From Octopus sinensis (taxonomy: Eukaryota), in NCBI RefSeq assembly GCF_006345805.1, contig NC_043022.1, forward strand, positions 22,134,001-22,198,000: DNA of 64,000 bases, in the 5' to 3' direction. The stretch's first letter is position 1. Every line of letters begins with the position of its first letter. The translations under genes and the position numbers were made by a program. The notes under the pieces are model-generated. The model made no database searches. It was not told the origin of the DNA and worked only from the letters and a program-made list of their open reading frames with translations. Shown here piece after piece: positions 62,747 through 64,000 of the stretch.

Positions 62747-64000
62747 TATATATTAAATAATGTTCTGTATGTAAACAAACTAAATTTATTAGTATTTAAG
62801 TCCATGTTAATATAATTAATGCATAATTAATACCGCTAACCATTTCGCCTGGTGTGCTAACATTTCTGCCAGCATACACATGTCAGTTTCTGCCAACCAA
62901 CATCACACACACATACATATAAACTCAAAACAGACCAGGCACACATTACAAAAGGTTTGTATACTTCAGCAGATAAACACACATACACGCTTTACAGGTA
63001 AGATAAGTTTCTTTGAATAAATGATACATTCTGACAAACACATATATATATATATATATATATACACAAACATACAAATACACACAGACACATAAACAAA
63101 AACACACCACAGGAAAAGAGGTGACAGTTTTTCTAAATTCCAGAGTGTTTAATTTCATATGTGATGATGTAGAAATAGCGGTGAGTTCATGAAGCATGAG
63201 AAAACAAATGAGTCCATGAAGTGTGAAACACCAGCAGTAATAGTAAAGCATGATAACTACGTACTTTTACCCAAATCTTCAGCAATTCCAGCCATCATCT
63301 CTGACAAAGATAAAGCCAAGTGTGTGACATCTAAAGTGGTCAGAACTAGAATTGTGCTTGTGTGTATGTAGGTATATATATCATCATCATCATCGTTTAA
63401 CATCCGCTTTCCATGCTAGCATGGATTGGATGATTTGACTGAGGACTGGCGAACCAGATGGCTGCACCAGGCTCCAATCTTGATCAGCCAGAGTTTCTAC
63501 AGCTGGATGCCCTTCCTAAAGCCAACCACTCTGAGAATGTATAGTGTGTGTGTGTGTGTGTGTGTATGTGAACTTTAGGTTAGTTAAAATATGTTTGTGA
63601 TATATTTCACCTTCTAAAGGCAAATTCACTGCAGTTTTTGTGGAGAAAAAAAAATTTCTCTCTGATGATAAAAGGTTTAAGAATACCATCTCTGCCCAGT
63701 GTTGCCTCTGTCAGATTCCCAGAAGCAGCGATTCTAGCTCTTTAGCTGTTATCAATGTGAAATACTGAAGAGAGGTAATCCAAGATAGATTAAAAGCTGC
63801 AGCTTTAACTAAAACAAAGTCAACATTGAGTGAGCTGTGCCATTATTCCACCAAGCACAGATAACACACTGGGCTGCCAGTCAGGCCATAAGGGTGCAAC
63901 AAACATGTACCACTTGGTTTTGTGGCACCTCCATTGATAACATGTCTGGTCACATACTTACACATGAATTAGTGTACAGGTACATATTAACATGCTCCCA

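Overview
AT-rich, repeat-dense metazoan genomic DNA. The SINE/LINE repertoire looks cephalopod (Octopus-like); this is an inference. Most of the window appears intronic to a minus-strand unconventional myosin-18 (MYO18A-like) gene. One secure coding exon (PDZ domain, 48974-49497) is present. Candidate extras are a 27-nt microexon (46588-46614), a recursive-splice-like AG|GTAAG site (19883/19882) and an alternative first coding exon (ATG 5902, donor 5692). The rest is transposon and microsatellite: a near-complete Penelope-like element (RT + GIY-YIG), RTE and CR1 LINE fragments, mariner, DD37D-like and Chapaev3-like transposase relics, non-autonomous Helitrons, piggyBac-like MITEs, four SINE families and a 5S rRNA pseudogene. 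Three observations stand out. (1) At least nine loci from about five sequence families carry minimal type-I hammerhead-like motifs with palindromic stem III, repeatedly arranged as fold-back or inverted pairs. (2) A GG-ended TIR element has flanking direct duplications of 8, 20 and ~100 bp in three copies. (3) A compact structured RNA motif at 36760-36827 resembles RTE 5' ends. All RNA structures were folded by eye, no database searches were run, and repeat boundaries are approximate.
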